Below are positions 1 to 9,150 of a stretch of DNA of 64,000 bases, piece by piece (within the stretch, counting starts at the first letter, position 1; each line of letters begins with the position of its first letter). Position numbers and translations under genes: made by a program. The stretch is from an uncultured Actinomycetota bacterium (lineage in GTDB: Bacteria > Actinomycetota > Actinomycetes > JAFAQI01), in assembly GCA_963770565.1 (NCBI GenBank), contig CAVYQE010000001.1, positions 160,001 through 224,000 of the forward strand, given 5' to 3'. The notes beneath the pieces were generated by a model that saw only the letters and a list, made by a program, of their open reading frames with translations, was not told the DNA's origin and ran no database searches.

Positions 1-825
1 AGCGACAAGCCCCGCGGCGCGATCAACCGCATGGCCCTGATCGCCTTGCAAATGGCGCTGGGCAGCAGCGCCCCGGCGGCGGCGGGCACGCTCGAAAACA
101 TGGCCGCCAACGCCAAGCTGCCGGCCGACGTGCGCGGGCAGCTCGCGCAATCGGCCGCCGCCGCCCGCGCCATCCCCGACAGCAGCAAAACGACGCGGCT
201 CTTGCACATCCTGCAAGAATTCCCCGACAAGATGGTGATCTTCACCCAATTCCGCGCCACGCAGGCCATGCTCGCCGAGCGGCTGCGGCAAGCCGGTCAC
301 GAGGTGGCCGTGTTTCACGGCGGCCTCGGCCGCATGGAAAAGGAGGCCGTGATCGGCCAATTCCGCGGACCGGCCCGCCTGCTGCTGGCGACCGAAGCCG
401 GCAGCGAAGGGCGCAATCTGCAATTCGCCCATGCCATCTGCAATTTCGATCTGCCCTGGAATCCGATGAAGATCGAGCAACGGATCGGCCGCTTGAGCCG
501 GATCGGCCAGACGCACGACGTGCATGTCTTCAATCTCGTATCGGCGGGGACGATCGAAGCGGCCGTGCTGCACTTGCTCGATGCCAAGCTGAGCATGTTC
601 GAATTGGTTATCGGCGAGATCGACATGATCCTCGGCAATTTGGACGACGAGCAGGAATTCCAGGAAGTGGTCGCCGACCTATGGGCCGCGTCGGCCGACA
701 GCGACGATTTCGCGCGGCGGATGGAAGAACTCGGCGACAAGCTATTGGCGGCCAAGGCGGCTTACTTCGAGCAGCGGAAGCACGACGACCGGCTGTTCGG
801 CAATCAATTCGCCCCGGATGCGTGA
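1..825 (+). CDS. SNF2-family helicase, C-terminal part (YqhH-like; 5' end outside window)
   Basis: Helicase-C motifs VIFTQF, LLATEAGSEGRNLQ, NFDLPWNPMKIEQRIGRLSRIGQ; C-terminal KLSMFELVIGEIDMILG resembles Bacillus YqhH. Confidence 0.9.
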   Translation, partial: SDKPRGAINRMALIALQMALGSSAPAAAGTLENMAANAKLPADVRGQLAQSAAAARAIPDSSKTTRLLHILQEFPDKMVIFTQFRATQAMLAERLRQAGHEVAVFHGGLGRMEKEAVIGQFRGPARLLLATEAGSEGRNLQFAHAICNFDLPWNPMKIEQRIGRLSRIGQTHDVHVFNLVSAGTIEAAVLHLLDAKLSMFELVIGEIDMILGNLDDEQEFQEVVADLWAASADSDDFARRMEELGDKLLAAKAAYFEQRKHDDRLFGNQFAPDA

Positions 826-846
826 GGGAAGGATACGCAAGAATCC

Positions 847-930
847 GTAGGACGGCTCTCCCGAGCCGTCCAGTTGGACCACTCGAGAAAGCCATGTTGC
901 CAACTCGACGGCTCGGGAGAGCTGTCCTAC
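847..930. repeat. GTAG-type REP doublet (REPIN-like hairpin)
   Basis: gtaggacggctctcccgagccgtc (847-870) and near-perfect inverted copy gacggctcgggagagctgtcctac (907-930); related copy at 46992-47041. Confidence 0.75.
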
Positions 931-955
931 TGCGCAACAACTGTGACGAAACCCC

Positions 956-2088
956 ATGACCGACGTCTTCGAAGACACATCGACCGCGCAATCCGGGTTG
1001 GAACTTTTCGTCCGCGATTACGTCGAGGCGGTCGGCGGCGTGTGGGACGAAATCGAGCCGCAAGTTTACGATCTGCTCCTGCCCGCCGATGCGCCGGCGG
1101 GCGGCGCTGCTTCGACTCCTGCGGAAGAGCGCTCGCTGCGCGTGGCCTTCGATCCCGAGGCGCTGCCCGAGCATCCCCGAGCGCAGTTGGCCAGCTTCGG
1201 CACTCCGCTGGTCGATCGCCTGCTGGCCGAGGCCGTCGATCGCGGGCGGCATGGCGAACTGCACTTGATGGGCTTGAATCTCGATCTTTTCAATTTGCCG
1301 AACCGCCTGGCCCGCGGGCTGACGCTGGCCGACGATCTCGAATTGCGGATCGAGCGGATTCGGGCGTTCGAGTTTCCGATCGCCGCCTATTGGTTCGAGG
1401 CCACGTTTATCAGCGACCAGAAGGAGCAGGAGATCGTGTCGGTCGCGATCGACTTGCATTCGGGCGCGAGGTGCGGCACGTCGAGCGGCTGCTCGATCCG
1501 GCTCGGCTGGCCGACAAGCCGGCGGCGATTTTGGCGGCCGCTTCGAGCATCGAGCCGGCGGCGGCCTATCGCACGGCGCGAGCAAGTGCTGCGCACTCTC
1601 ACCGGGCTGGCCAATCTCCGCGGCCGCGAGTTGCAAGAGCGGCTCAAAAAACAGGCGGCGCGGATGACCCAATACTACGACGACTTGCTCCGCGAACTGG
1701 ACGAAGAAGCTCATCGCGCCCGCAACCGCGACGCCGACGCCAATGCCGCGAAATTCGCCAACCGCCGCACGACGATCGAGCGCGAGCGGCACACGCGGAT
1801 CGCCGAACTCCATCACAAAAACGCGCTGACCGTCGAACTCGAACTGCTCAACTTCCTCGTCGTGCGGCAGCCGAAACTGGCCGCCGCCGCGACGATTGCG
1901 GACAAAGACGGCGCAGCCACCGCGATCGAATTGATCTGGGATCCGCTGCTCGAAGCGGTCGAGCCGGTCCCCTGCTCGGTCTGCGGCCATCCGACTTTCG
2001 CACTCGTCCGCCGCCGCCGCGGCGAACTCACCTGCCCCGCCTGCGGCAAAGCCAAGCCCCCCGCGCAACGCGCGGCCGGCCGCAATGA
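956..2088 (+). CDS. YqhG-like hypothetical protein with coiled coil and C-terminal zinc ribbon (frameshifted; 3' end approximate)
   Basis: Follows the SNF2 gene; RMTQYYDDL coiled-coil segment; CSVC...CPAC motif; compensating frameshifts around 1470-1570. Confidence 0.6.
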
Positions 2089-2215
2089 AACGACGCGGAA
2101 GCGTCGCCTTTCGCTCCCCCGAAAGTTGCGCAGAGTTGCCATCGGAAATCGCTTGTCGATTTCGCAAGCCGCGGCCCCGATGCGCAAGCCGCGGGGCGGC
2201 TGTTTTTGGAGCAGC

Positions 2216-2280
2216 GGTCGGGGGTCGGGGGGTCGGGCGTCGGGGGTCAGGGGTCGGGGGTCAGGGGTCGGTAGGGGGGC
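2216..2280. repeat. G-rich heptamer tract (GGGGTCR)n
   Basis: ggtcgggggtcggggggtcgggcgtcgggggtcaggggtcgggggtcaggggtcgg. Confidence 0.8.
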
Positions 2281-2484
2281 ACGGTGTGGCTTCGCCACAC
2301 TAGCCCGACGCGCTAGCGAGGGGGTACGCTTGGCAAGCCGCAACGCTCTGTTTGCGTCGCTCGATCGGGCGGCGCCAAGCGAACGTGGCTCTGAAACCGG
2401 ACGCCGGCGAAAACGGGTAATGCCGGCTTTGGAATATCGTACAGCCCACTTCGCTCGCGGAAATCGCGTTGGGAGGATTGAAAC

Positions 2485-2572
2485 ACGCGCCCCTGAGCTT
2501 TCGGCCCTCGCGCAGTGCGCGGAGCTTGACTTGCTTTACCGGCGAATCCGGCAGTTCGATCGTGGTCTTCAT
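2485..2572 (-). pseudogene. Truncated ribbon-helix-helix/VapB-like antitoxin N-terminus
   Basis: MKTTIELPDSPVKQVKLRALREGRKL with an upstream GAGG; resemblance is lost after about 2485. Confidence 0.5.
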
Positions 2573-2603
2573 TCCTCGATTTGGCTGCCTTCCCGGCTTC
2601 GGG

Positions 2604-3398
2604 TCAAGCGAACTGGGCGATCGCATCTTTCAGCTTCCCATACAGCTCGTCCAGATCGTGTTCCGACGGCACGGCCATTTGTCCGTCGTTGATTTCGATG
2701 AGGATCCATTCACCCTGTTCGGTTTCGGCCAGATCGAGCGTGAAGAATGTCGTGAAGCGGGCCGCGATTTCGGCAATCCGCCCGGCCATTGCCAGGCACT
2801 CGTCGGTCATGGCCGCCTGCTGCAAGCAGTCGCCGATCGACCAATAATACCCGACGCTCAGCAAAGTCGTCTTGAAGAAGAAAAACCGCCACTCGTTCGT
2901 ATAGGGCAAGTCGTTCCGGCCCACTTCGAATGTCTTCAGCGGCACGTACTTCCGGTAGACCACTCCCTGCTCGCTGATTTCCGAATCCTCCTTGAGGCGC
3001 TGGCCGAGCGCCAAGGCCGCGGGCTTGGTCTCGGCGAACATGTGTGTCTTCCATTGCCACTTCTTCGAGCTGCGCTTCCCCTTGACGACGAATGGCCCGG
3101 CGTGCTGGCACAGATGAATGGATTCGTCGTCCCACGTTTCCGGCGTGAAGTCCTTGACTTCTCGATAGTAGTCGAAGGAAGAAATCCATGCATGCTCGGC
3201 GACGGTATTGATCAATCGGCTGCCGATCAGCCGCAGGTCGCGGTCCAACTCTTCGTAGTATGGCAGAACCGAATACCGGCCGACGACGAGCCGATCGTGG
3301 CAAGCAAGTCGGCTTTCTTCCATGCGAAAATACCGACCGGCGATTTGCCGCTCGTATTTGCTCATATGTCGGGAACGGACCAGCAGGAGTGATTCCAT
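2604..3398 (-). CDS. ATP-grasp domain protein (R2K/DUF4343-like)
   Basis: GPFVVKG, VYRKYVPL, NEWRFFF, FFTLDLAETEQGEWILIEINDGQ motifs; intact ORF from MESLLL. Confidence 0.75.
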   Translation of the reverse strand: MESLLLVRSRHMSKYERQIAGRYFRMEESRLACHDRLVVGRYSVLPYYEELDRDLRLIGSRLINTVAEHAWISSFDYYREVKDFTPETWDDESIHLCQHAGPFVVKGKRSSKKWQWKTHMFAETKPAALALGQRLKEDSEISEQGVVYRKYVPLKTFEVGRNDLPYTNEWRFFFFKTTLLSVGYYWSIGDCLQQAAMTDECLAMAGRIAEIAARFTTFFTLDLAETEQGEWILIEINDGQMAVPSEHDLDELYGKLKDAIAQFA

Positions 3399-3785
3399 GG
3401 CACGCCTTTGTCTCCAAACTCGATTCCCCGACACGTCCGATTTCGGGCTCATCCGACCGAGGTGCGCACCGCCTACCGAGCGGAGGGCAATCCTCGCGCG
3501 GCTTTCGGCGGATACGGACTCCTCTTCTCTATCCACGCGTCGTGCGCGTCGGGCGGTTGCATTGACGCGGCGGTCATCGCCTTGCTCGAGCGGGCATTGT
3601 CGCGGTTCCTCCGACGGTTTGACAGCCCTGCCATCAGAGAAGAGCAACCCGTTTTCGTCGCGGCGGAGCAATCTCGGCCGGAAGAACTTGCGTTGAACGA
3701 ATCGCATGGATAGAAAAGGGGGTATTCCGGGTCTTGTGGGTTCCTCCGGCGGGCAAGTGCCAGACTGGGGGCTTCGCCCCCAGAC

Positions 3786-4759
3786 TAGGCTGTGAAAAAT
3801 GCTCGATTTGTTGCAGCGCCGGGTCCGGCGGTTTGATGGGTTTTTGTTCCGTGGCGCGATTGCCGCGCGCTTCGCAATCAACCGGAGTCGTGGTCAGGGC
3901 ATCCGTCCCGCGTAGCCTCGGGCTGCGCCTGGGCTGTGCAATCTGCGCGGTTTCGAAGTGGAATCCGAGTTCGTGTTTTGCTCGGTTTTTGCTCCGTCCA
4001 CGTACTCGCGCAATTCCGACTCCGAGGTGGCATGAAATTCATCCCGATAGGGATGGCAGACATTAGCCGGCGGTTGAGGCCGCAGGCCGACACCGCCGGT
4101 GTCGGAACGCGAAAGCTTTTCTTCGACCCCGGTAGGGGTCGTAGAGCGCTGGCACCCCTATCGGGGTGCAACAGGGATTATTCGATTTCGCGCCCGGTGG
4201 TATCGGCCTGACGGCCTCAACCACCGGCTAATGGCTGGGAACCCTACCGGGTTCCCTGAACTCCTGCCGTTCTTTCCAAAACCCGGAACAAAAAACAGCA
4301 TAAACGTCGATACGATCCCATCTCACAAACTGCGCAGCCGGGCCCCCGCCTTATATGCAGCCCATGGCATTTATGCCTGGGACCGCGTCCTCCCTGCGGT
4401 GAATCCAGTCCCCTTCCAGGGGATTTAGCCGTCTCGGGCCGGCTTTTAGCCACCGGCGCCGGAGGGTGCGCGGCCACTATCTACAAAACGGCCCAGGGCT
4501 GAAGCCGCCGAAGCGAAGCCCGCTAAAGACCGCCGCGCTTTCCTCGATCCGCGAGAATCCGTGAAATCCGCGGCAAAAAAGCCTGTTGGTTTTGCCGCGG
4601 ATTGCGCGGATTTTCGCGGATTTCCGAATCGGCAATTTGAAAAGCCGGCGGCTACTTTCGGTCTGCCGAAACAGCATCGCTCGACTACGCCGCGCATGCG
4701 AGCGGAACAAATAGCGAATAAACTTTCGAACTCTCGACGGGCCGATTTTTCATAGCCTA
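3786..4759. mobile_element. Non-autonomous MITE, family 1 (974 bp)
   Basis: Ends taggctgtgaaaaat / atttttcatagccta; 9-bp direct repeat CCCCCAGAC at 3777-3785 and 4760-4768. Confidence 0.85.
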
Positions 4760-4769
4760 CCCCCAGACC

Positions 4770-5060
4770 CCCAGGATTTTCAAGGCATGGCTCAGGCGTT
4801 CAATGGAGGCGGGCAGCGCGGCAGATCGTAGACCTCCATCCCTCCAGACCGGCAAGCCGGCCTGCTGGCACTCTTCTCGTCTCGTATCCGAAACACCGCT
4901 ACACTTACCACAAGAGGGGATGCGCGAATCCCGAGGATTTTCGTGTCACCCACTCAAAACCCAGTAACAGCCGGTTTTAGGAACACTAATCGGCGCTAAT
5001 TCGCGCTGATTAGCGCTGATTAGCGCTGATTAGTGTTCCCGATCTGTCGTGCCGCCGTGC
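4770..5060 (-). repeat. Composite repeat family F (inverted relative to 25400-26480 and 36590-36990) with ggaacactaat palindrome
   Basis: Shares ccgaaacaccgctacacttaccacaag and cagaccggcaagccggcctgctggcac with the other copies; palindrome at 4980-5040. Confidence 0.75.
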
Positions 5061-5079
5061 TTTCTCGCTGGCAGCGCGC

Positions 5080-5180
5080 TGCGACCCCTGCCGGGGTCGG
5101 AGCTAGGCCATCCCATCTCGACCGGCGGTGTCAGCCGTTGGCTGAAACCGCCGGCTACCGTCTTTCATTCCAGTCGGGAT
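5080..5180. repeat. REP-like multi-hairpin module (family A)
   Basis: cgacccctgccggggtcg and accggcggtgtcagccgttggctgaaaccgccggcta; inverted copies inside the 37046-38856 units. Confidence 0.6.
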
Positions 5181-5499
5181 GCTCGTGATCGTGAACCGTC
5201 GTGTCAGCCAGCAGGAATCTGCCGAAACCAAAACGCACGGAGAGTGCCGAGCGCAGCCGGCATTGCCACCGGCGGGCTGTGCGCAAGCCAAGGCGATCCT
5301 ATTCGTGAAAAAAATCACGAATTTGGCGGCCCGCACGTTGACTCCCCGGAATGCCTGGATTAGATTGGGCACGTCTCGGGCTGAGAACTCCGCAATTCGG
5401 CAACTGCGGCGGCTTGCTGCGTAGCCGCACGGCTTGCTGCGTAGCCGCAGGGAGGGGGCGGCAACGCCCTGAAAACCGACGAGCAAGGCGGTTCGCAAC

Positions 5500-5760
5500 G
5501 TGCCGACCTCGAACGATAAATCGCCACTTGCCGCGGCAGCGCAGTGGGTAGGGCGGATCGTCGCCGTGGGGCTGGAGATGGTGCTGCCGGGTGTGGCCGG
5601 CAAATGGCTCGACGAGCGGTGGGGAACGAGTCCGTTGTTGACTCTGGGGGGATTTGTCCTGGGAATGGTCGGCGGTGTGTGGCATCTCCTGCTCATGACG
5701 GCAGCCGAAAACAAAAATAAACAGCCGCGGCGGCCGCCCGACGACTCGCGGCCCGACTGA
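5500..5760 (+). CDS. AtpZ/AtpI-family small membrane protein (first gene of atp operon)
   Basis: GLEMVLPGVAGKWLDERWGTSPLLTLGGFVLG motif; position upstream of atpB. Confidence 0.75.
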   Translation: MPTSNDKSPLAAAAQWVGRIVAVGLEMVLPGVAGKWLDERWGTSPLLTLGGFVLGMVGGVWHLLLMTAAENKNKQPRRPPDDSRPD

Positions 5761-5894
5761 TCCGCGATTTCACCATCACCCGACCCCGGATTTCACCCGG
5801 CCCCTAATTTCACCGGCGCGGCCGATCGGCCCAGCCGACTTCGCCAATCTACTCCCAAACCCTATCGAGATTGCCGACGATGAGGCTCGAGTTC

Positions 5895-6359
5895 GTGAGC
5901 GATCCCCTGAGCGTCCCACCGCCCGAGGCGGCCGCGCCCGCCGCTGGGCCTGGGTCGCGCTTGCGCGGCCCTAACGGTCGTGATGGCGGCGGCCTATCCC
6001 GTCGTCGCACTCGTCGGCTCGCGAATCACCAGCGCTCCGGTATGGGGAGCCGCGGCATTGGCGGCGGCCATCTGCTGGTTTGCCGCCGCCTTGGCGCTGG
6101 TATTGTTTCACCTGTTTCAGCGGGCCGGCAATCCGCTTTCCGGCGCACTGGTCGGAATGCTCGTTCGCTTCGGGATTCCGCTGGGCGCGGGGCTCGTGGC
6201 GACGGTTGCCGGGGGACCGCTGAGAGAGGGAGGGTTCATCGAGTTTATCCTGGTGTTCTATTTCGTCGGCTTGGCGACCGAAACGGTGCTGTCGCTGGCG
6301 ATGTCGCGGCTGAAAACTCGGCCGGGCCGGCCCGCGCGGAGGGATCGCGCCATGGCTGA
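5895..6359 (+). CDS. ATP synthase protein I-like membrane protein (frameshifted, ends approximate)
   Basis: Several hydrophobic helices (GALVGMLVRFGIPL, ILVFYFVGLATET) between atpZ-like gene and atpB. Confidence 0.6.
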   Translation: MSDPLSVPPPEAAAPAAGPGSRLRGPNGRDGGGLSRRRTRRLANHQRSGMGSRGIGGGHLLVCRRLGAGIVSPVSAGRQSAFRRTGRNARSLRDSAGRGARGDGCRGTAERGRVHRVYPGVLFRRLGDRNGAVAGDVAAENSAGPARAEGSRHG

Positions 6360-7299
6360 CTCGATGCTGCATATCAAGGACAGCTACTTCTTCGAGGTGC
6401 CGAAGTTCATGTGGCACCACCATTGGACGAGCCTCGACCAGGTGCCGCATTATCTTACCGCGGCCCGTCCGGGTGTCACGAACGTCGAAAAGTGGAATGA
6501 GGCGATGGCGGGCAAGATTCTGATCCCGCAGCCGTTTGGGACGCTCAAAAATTTAACCGACGAACGCGGATGCGGATTTTGCATTTCGAAGTTCATGATT
6601 TTGGAACTCGTCGCGGCGATTGTGTTGGTCGCGGTGTTCGTGCGGCTTGGCGCAGCAAGATTCGCATGGGAGCGGGCGCCGCGGGGCGGGCTTTGGAATA
6701 TGGCTCGAGGCGTTCTTGGATACTTGCGCGACGACGTCGCGCGGCCGGCGATCGGCAAGCCATGACGCCGACCGGTTCGTGCCCTTGTTGTGGACCGTGT
6801 TCCTGTTCATCTTGTGTTTGCAATCTGTGCGGCATGGTGCCGTGGGCCGGGTCGCCGACGGGTTCGATCGCGGTGACATTGGCGTTGGCGATGATCATGC
6901 TGTTCGACGGTTCTGATGTCGGGCATGCGGCGTTTCGGCCCTTTCGGCTATTTTCTCAATCTCGTGCCCAAGCTGGATTTGCCGCTGCCGGTGCGTCTGC
7001 CGATCCAAAGTGGGGTGTTGGTGATCGAAGTGGCGGCTTGGTTATTCGGCATTGCGTGTTGGCGATTCGTCTGTTGGCCAACATGGTGGCGGGTCACTTG
7101 GTGCTGTTGGCGATCCTGGGGATGATTGCTGTCATCGCGGCAAAAACGAGCGACGACGGAATGGAATCTGGTGACGCTCATCGCCGTGATCGGCTCGGCG
7201 GTGTTGAGTTTGTTGGAGTTGTTCGTGGCGTTCTTGCAGGCCTATGTGTTTACATTTTTATCGGCCCTGTTCATCGGTGCGGCGATTCATCATCACTGA
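6352..7299 (+). CDS. atpB: F0F1 ATP synthase subunit a (frameshifted)
   Basis: LAIRLLANMVAGHLVLL and LELFVAFLQAYVFTFLSALFIGAAIHHH motifs across frames. Confidence 0.92.
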
Positions 7300-7395
7300 T
7301 CGTTCGTTCTGCTCTGCGACGGCCGAAATCGGCGGCCAGGCAGCGGGGGATTTCATTTTTCTGTCAACGTCTTTTGCGAGAAGGAGAGTAATCCA

Positions 7396-7704
7396 GTGAG
7401 CAAATTAGTTCAGATTGTCGTCACGGCATTGGCTTCGGTGCTGATCATGGCGGTGACTCCCGCCATGGGCGCCGATGGCAGCGCCGTCAGCTTCAGTGGA
7501 GCGATCGGGGCGGGATTGGTCGTGATCGGCGGCGGCTTCGGCATTGGCAAGCTGGCCGGAGCGGCGATGGAAGGCATGGCCCGCCAGCCGGAAGTCGCCG
7601 GACAGATTCAGACCGGCATGATCATCGCGGCCGCTTTGATCGAGGGCTTCACGTTTTTTGCGTTGTACATCTGCATGACTCAGAATCCGTGGGCGGTCCA
7701 TTAA
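7396..7704 (+). CDS. atpE: F0F1 ATP synthase subunit c with N-terminal extension
   Basis: GAGLVVIGGGFGIG, ARQPEVAGQIQTGMIIAAALIEG. Confidence 0.95.
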   Translation: MSKLVQIVVTALASVLIMAVTPAMGADGSAVSFSGAIGAGLVVIGGGFGIGKLAGAAMEGMARQPEVAGQIQTGMIIAAALIEGFTFFALYICMTQNPWAVH

Positions 7705-7728
7705 CGCCCGCTAAGAGCGAGAACTCAC

Positions 7729-8436
7729 GTGAACCGTTTCCAATTGCTACGTTTCGTCCCTATCGTTCTTGGGTTGCTCGCGGTCGCTTATGCGCTGCCT
7801 GCCCGATCGGCCGATCGACGCCCGCGTCCGGCAAGCAAACGGCGAAGGCGGAGAAGCCCTCGACGACAGCCGCTCCCGCAGCGGCAAACGAGCAGGAACT
7901 CGGCGGCACCGGGGAAAGTCGCTGGTCCCGACGAGTTCAGTCAGAAGGAAGTTGATTTGGCCGTCTACACGGCCGTCGTGTTCTTCATTCTCTTGGCGAT
8001 CCTCTGGAAATTCGCCTGGGGACCGATCGTCACGGGTTTGGAGAAACGCGAGCAAGGGATTGCCGACAACATCGCCGCGGCGCAGAAGTCGGCCGACGAC
8101 GCCAAGCTCATGTTGGCCGACTACGATCGCAAGTTGGCGGGGGCGGCGGACCAGATTCGGGTGATGATGGACGAAGCCCGCAAGGAGGGCGAGCAGGCCA
8201 AGGCGCAAATCGTCGCCGAGGCCAAGGAGGCCGCTAAGCAGGAATTCGACCGCAGCCGGCGCGAGTTGCAGCGGGCAACCGATCAGGCGCTCAAGGAATT
8301 ATCCGAGCGAGCGACGAATCTGGCGGTCGATTTGGCCAGCAAGATCGTGAGGGCGCAGCTTAAGTCGCAGGATCATACCCGGTTGGTGCAGGAAGCCATG
8401 GCCGAATTTGCGGCGCGGAGTCCCAGCAGCAATTGA
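7729..8436 (+). CDS. atpF: F0F1 ATP synthase subunit b
   Basis: VFFILLAILWKFAWGPIVTGLEKREQGI followed by coiled coil. Confidence 0.93.
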   Translation: MNRFQLLRFVPIVLGLLAVAYALPARSADRRPRPASKRRRRRSPRRQPLPQRQTSRNSAAPGKVAGPDEFSQKEVDLAVYTAVVFFILLAILWKFAWGPIVTGLEKREQGIADNIAAAQKSADDAKLMLADYDRKLAGAADQIRVMMDEARKEGEQAKAQIVAEAKEAAKQEFDRSRRELQRATDQALKELSERATNLAVDLASKIVRAQLKSQDHTRLVQEAMAEFAARSPSSN

Positions 8437-8454
8437 TTGTGAGGCGGAATCTGG

Positions 8455-9150
8455 TTGACTGAAGATGAGCGAGATTTTTATGTAGCCCAGGCAAACCAAG
8501 CGATGCCCCCAGCCAACGTCATCAAACGCACCTTTTCCAATCGCCACGTCAACGTGGGCGCCAAGCAAGTGGCGACCGTGTATGCCCGCGCTGGGAGAGG
8601 CGGCGGCGGCGGCGGGAAAGGTCGACGCGACTTTGGCCGAATTCGATAGCTTCATGGCCGACGTGCTCGGCGGAGTGCCGAAGCTCGAAATGGTGCTCAG
8701 TTCGGCGATGGTGGGATTCGAGGCGAAAAACGCCTTGCTCGACAAGCGCGCTCGGCTCTCAGGCTTCGCCGCTGTTTCTGAATTTCCTCAAGGTCGTCTC
8801 GCGCCATGGCCGGCTCGATATTCTCCGCGCAATTCACTTGGCGGCCCACGACCTGTTCGACAAGATGCGGAACATCGTGCGGGTGTATGTCGTTTCGGCC
8901 TCCGCTTTGGAAGAGTCCGTCAAGCGGCAGGTGACCGATTCGGCAAAAAAAATGCTCGGGCGAGAGGCCCGTTCTGGAGACTGAAAGTTGGCCGGAACTC
9001 GTCGGCGGCATGATGATGCGCGTCGGCGACACGGTCTACGACGGCTCGATCTCCACCCGCCTCGAAACAATTCGTCAAAAGATGATCGACAGGAGCGTCC
9101 ATGAGATTCAAAGCCGACGAGATCGCTTCAGTTCTCCAGAAGGAAATTGA
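8455..9150 (+). CDS. atpH: F0F1 ATP synthase subunit delta (frameshifted; overlaps atpA start)
   Basis: [41 protein letters not shown] segments across frames. Confidence 0.85.
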
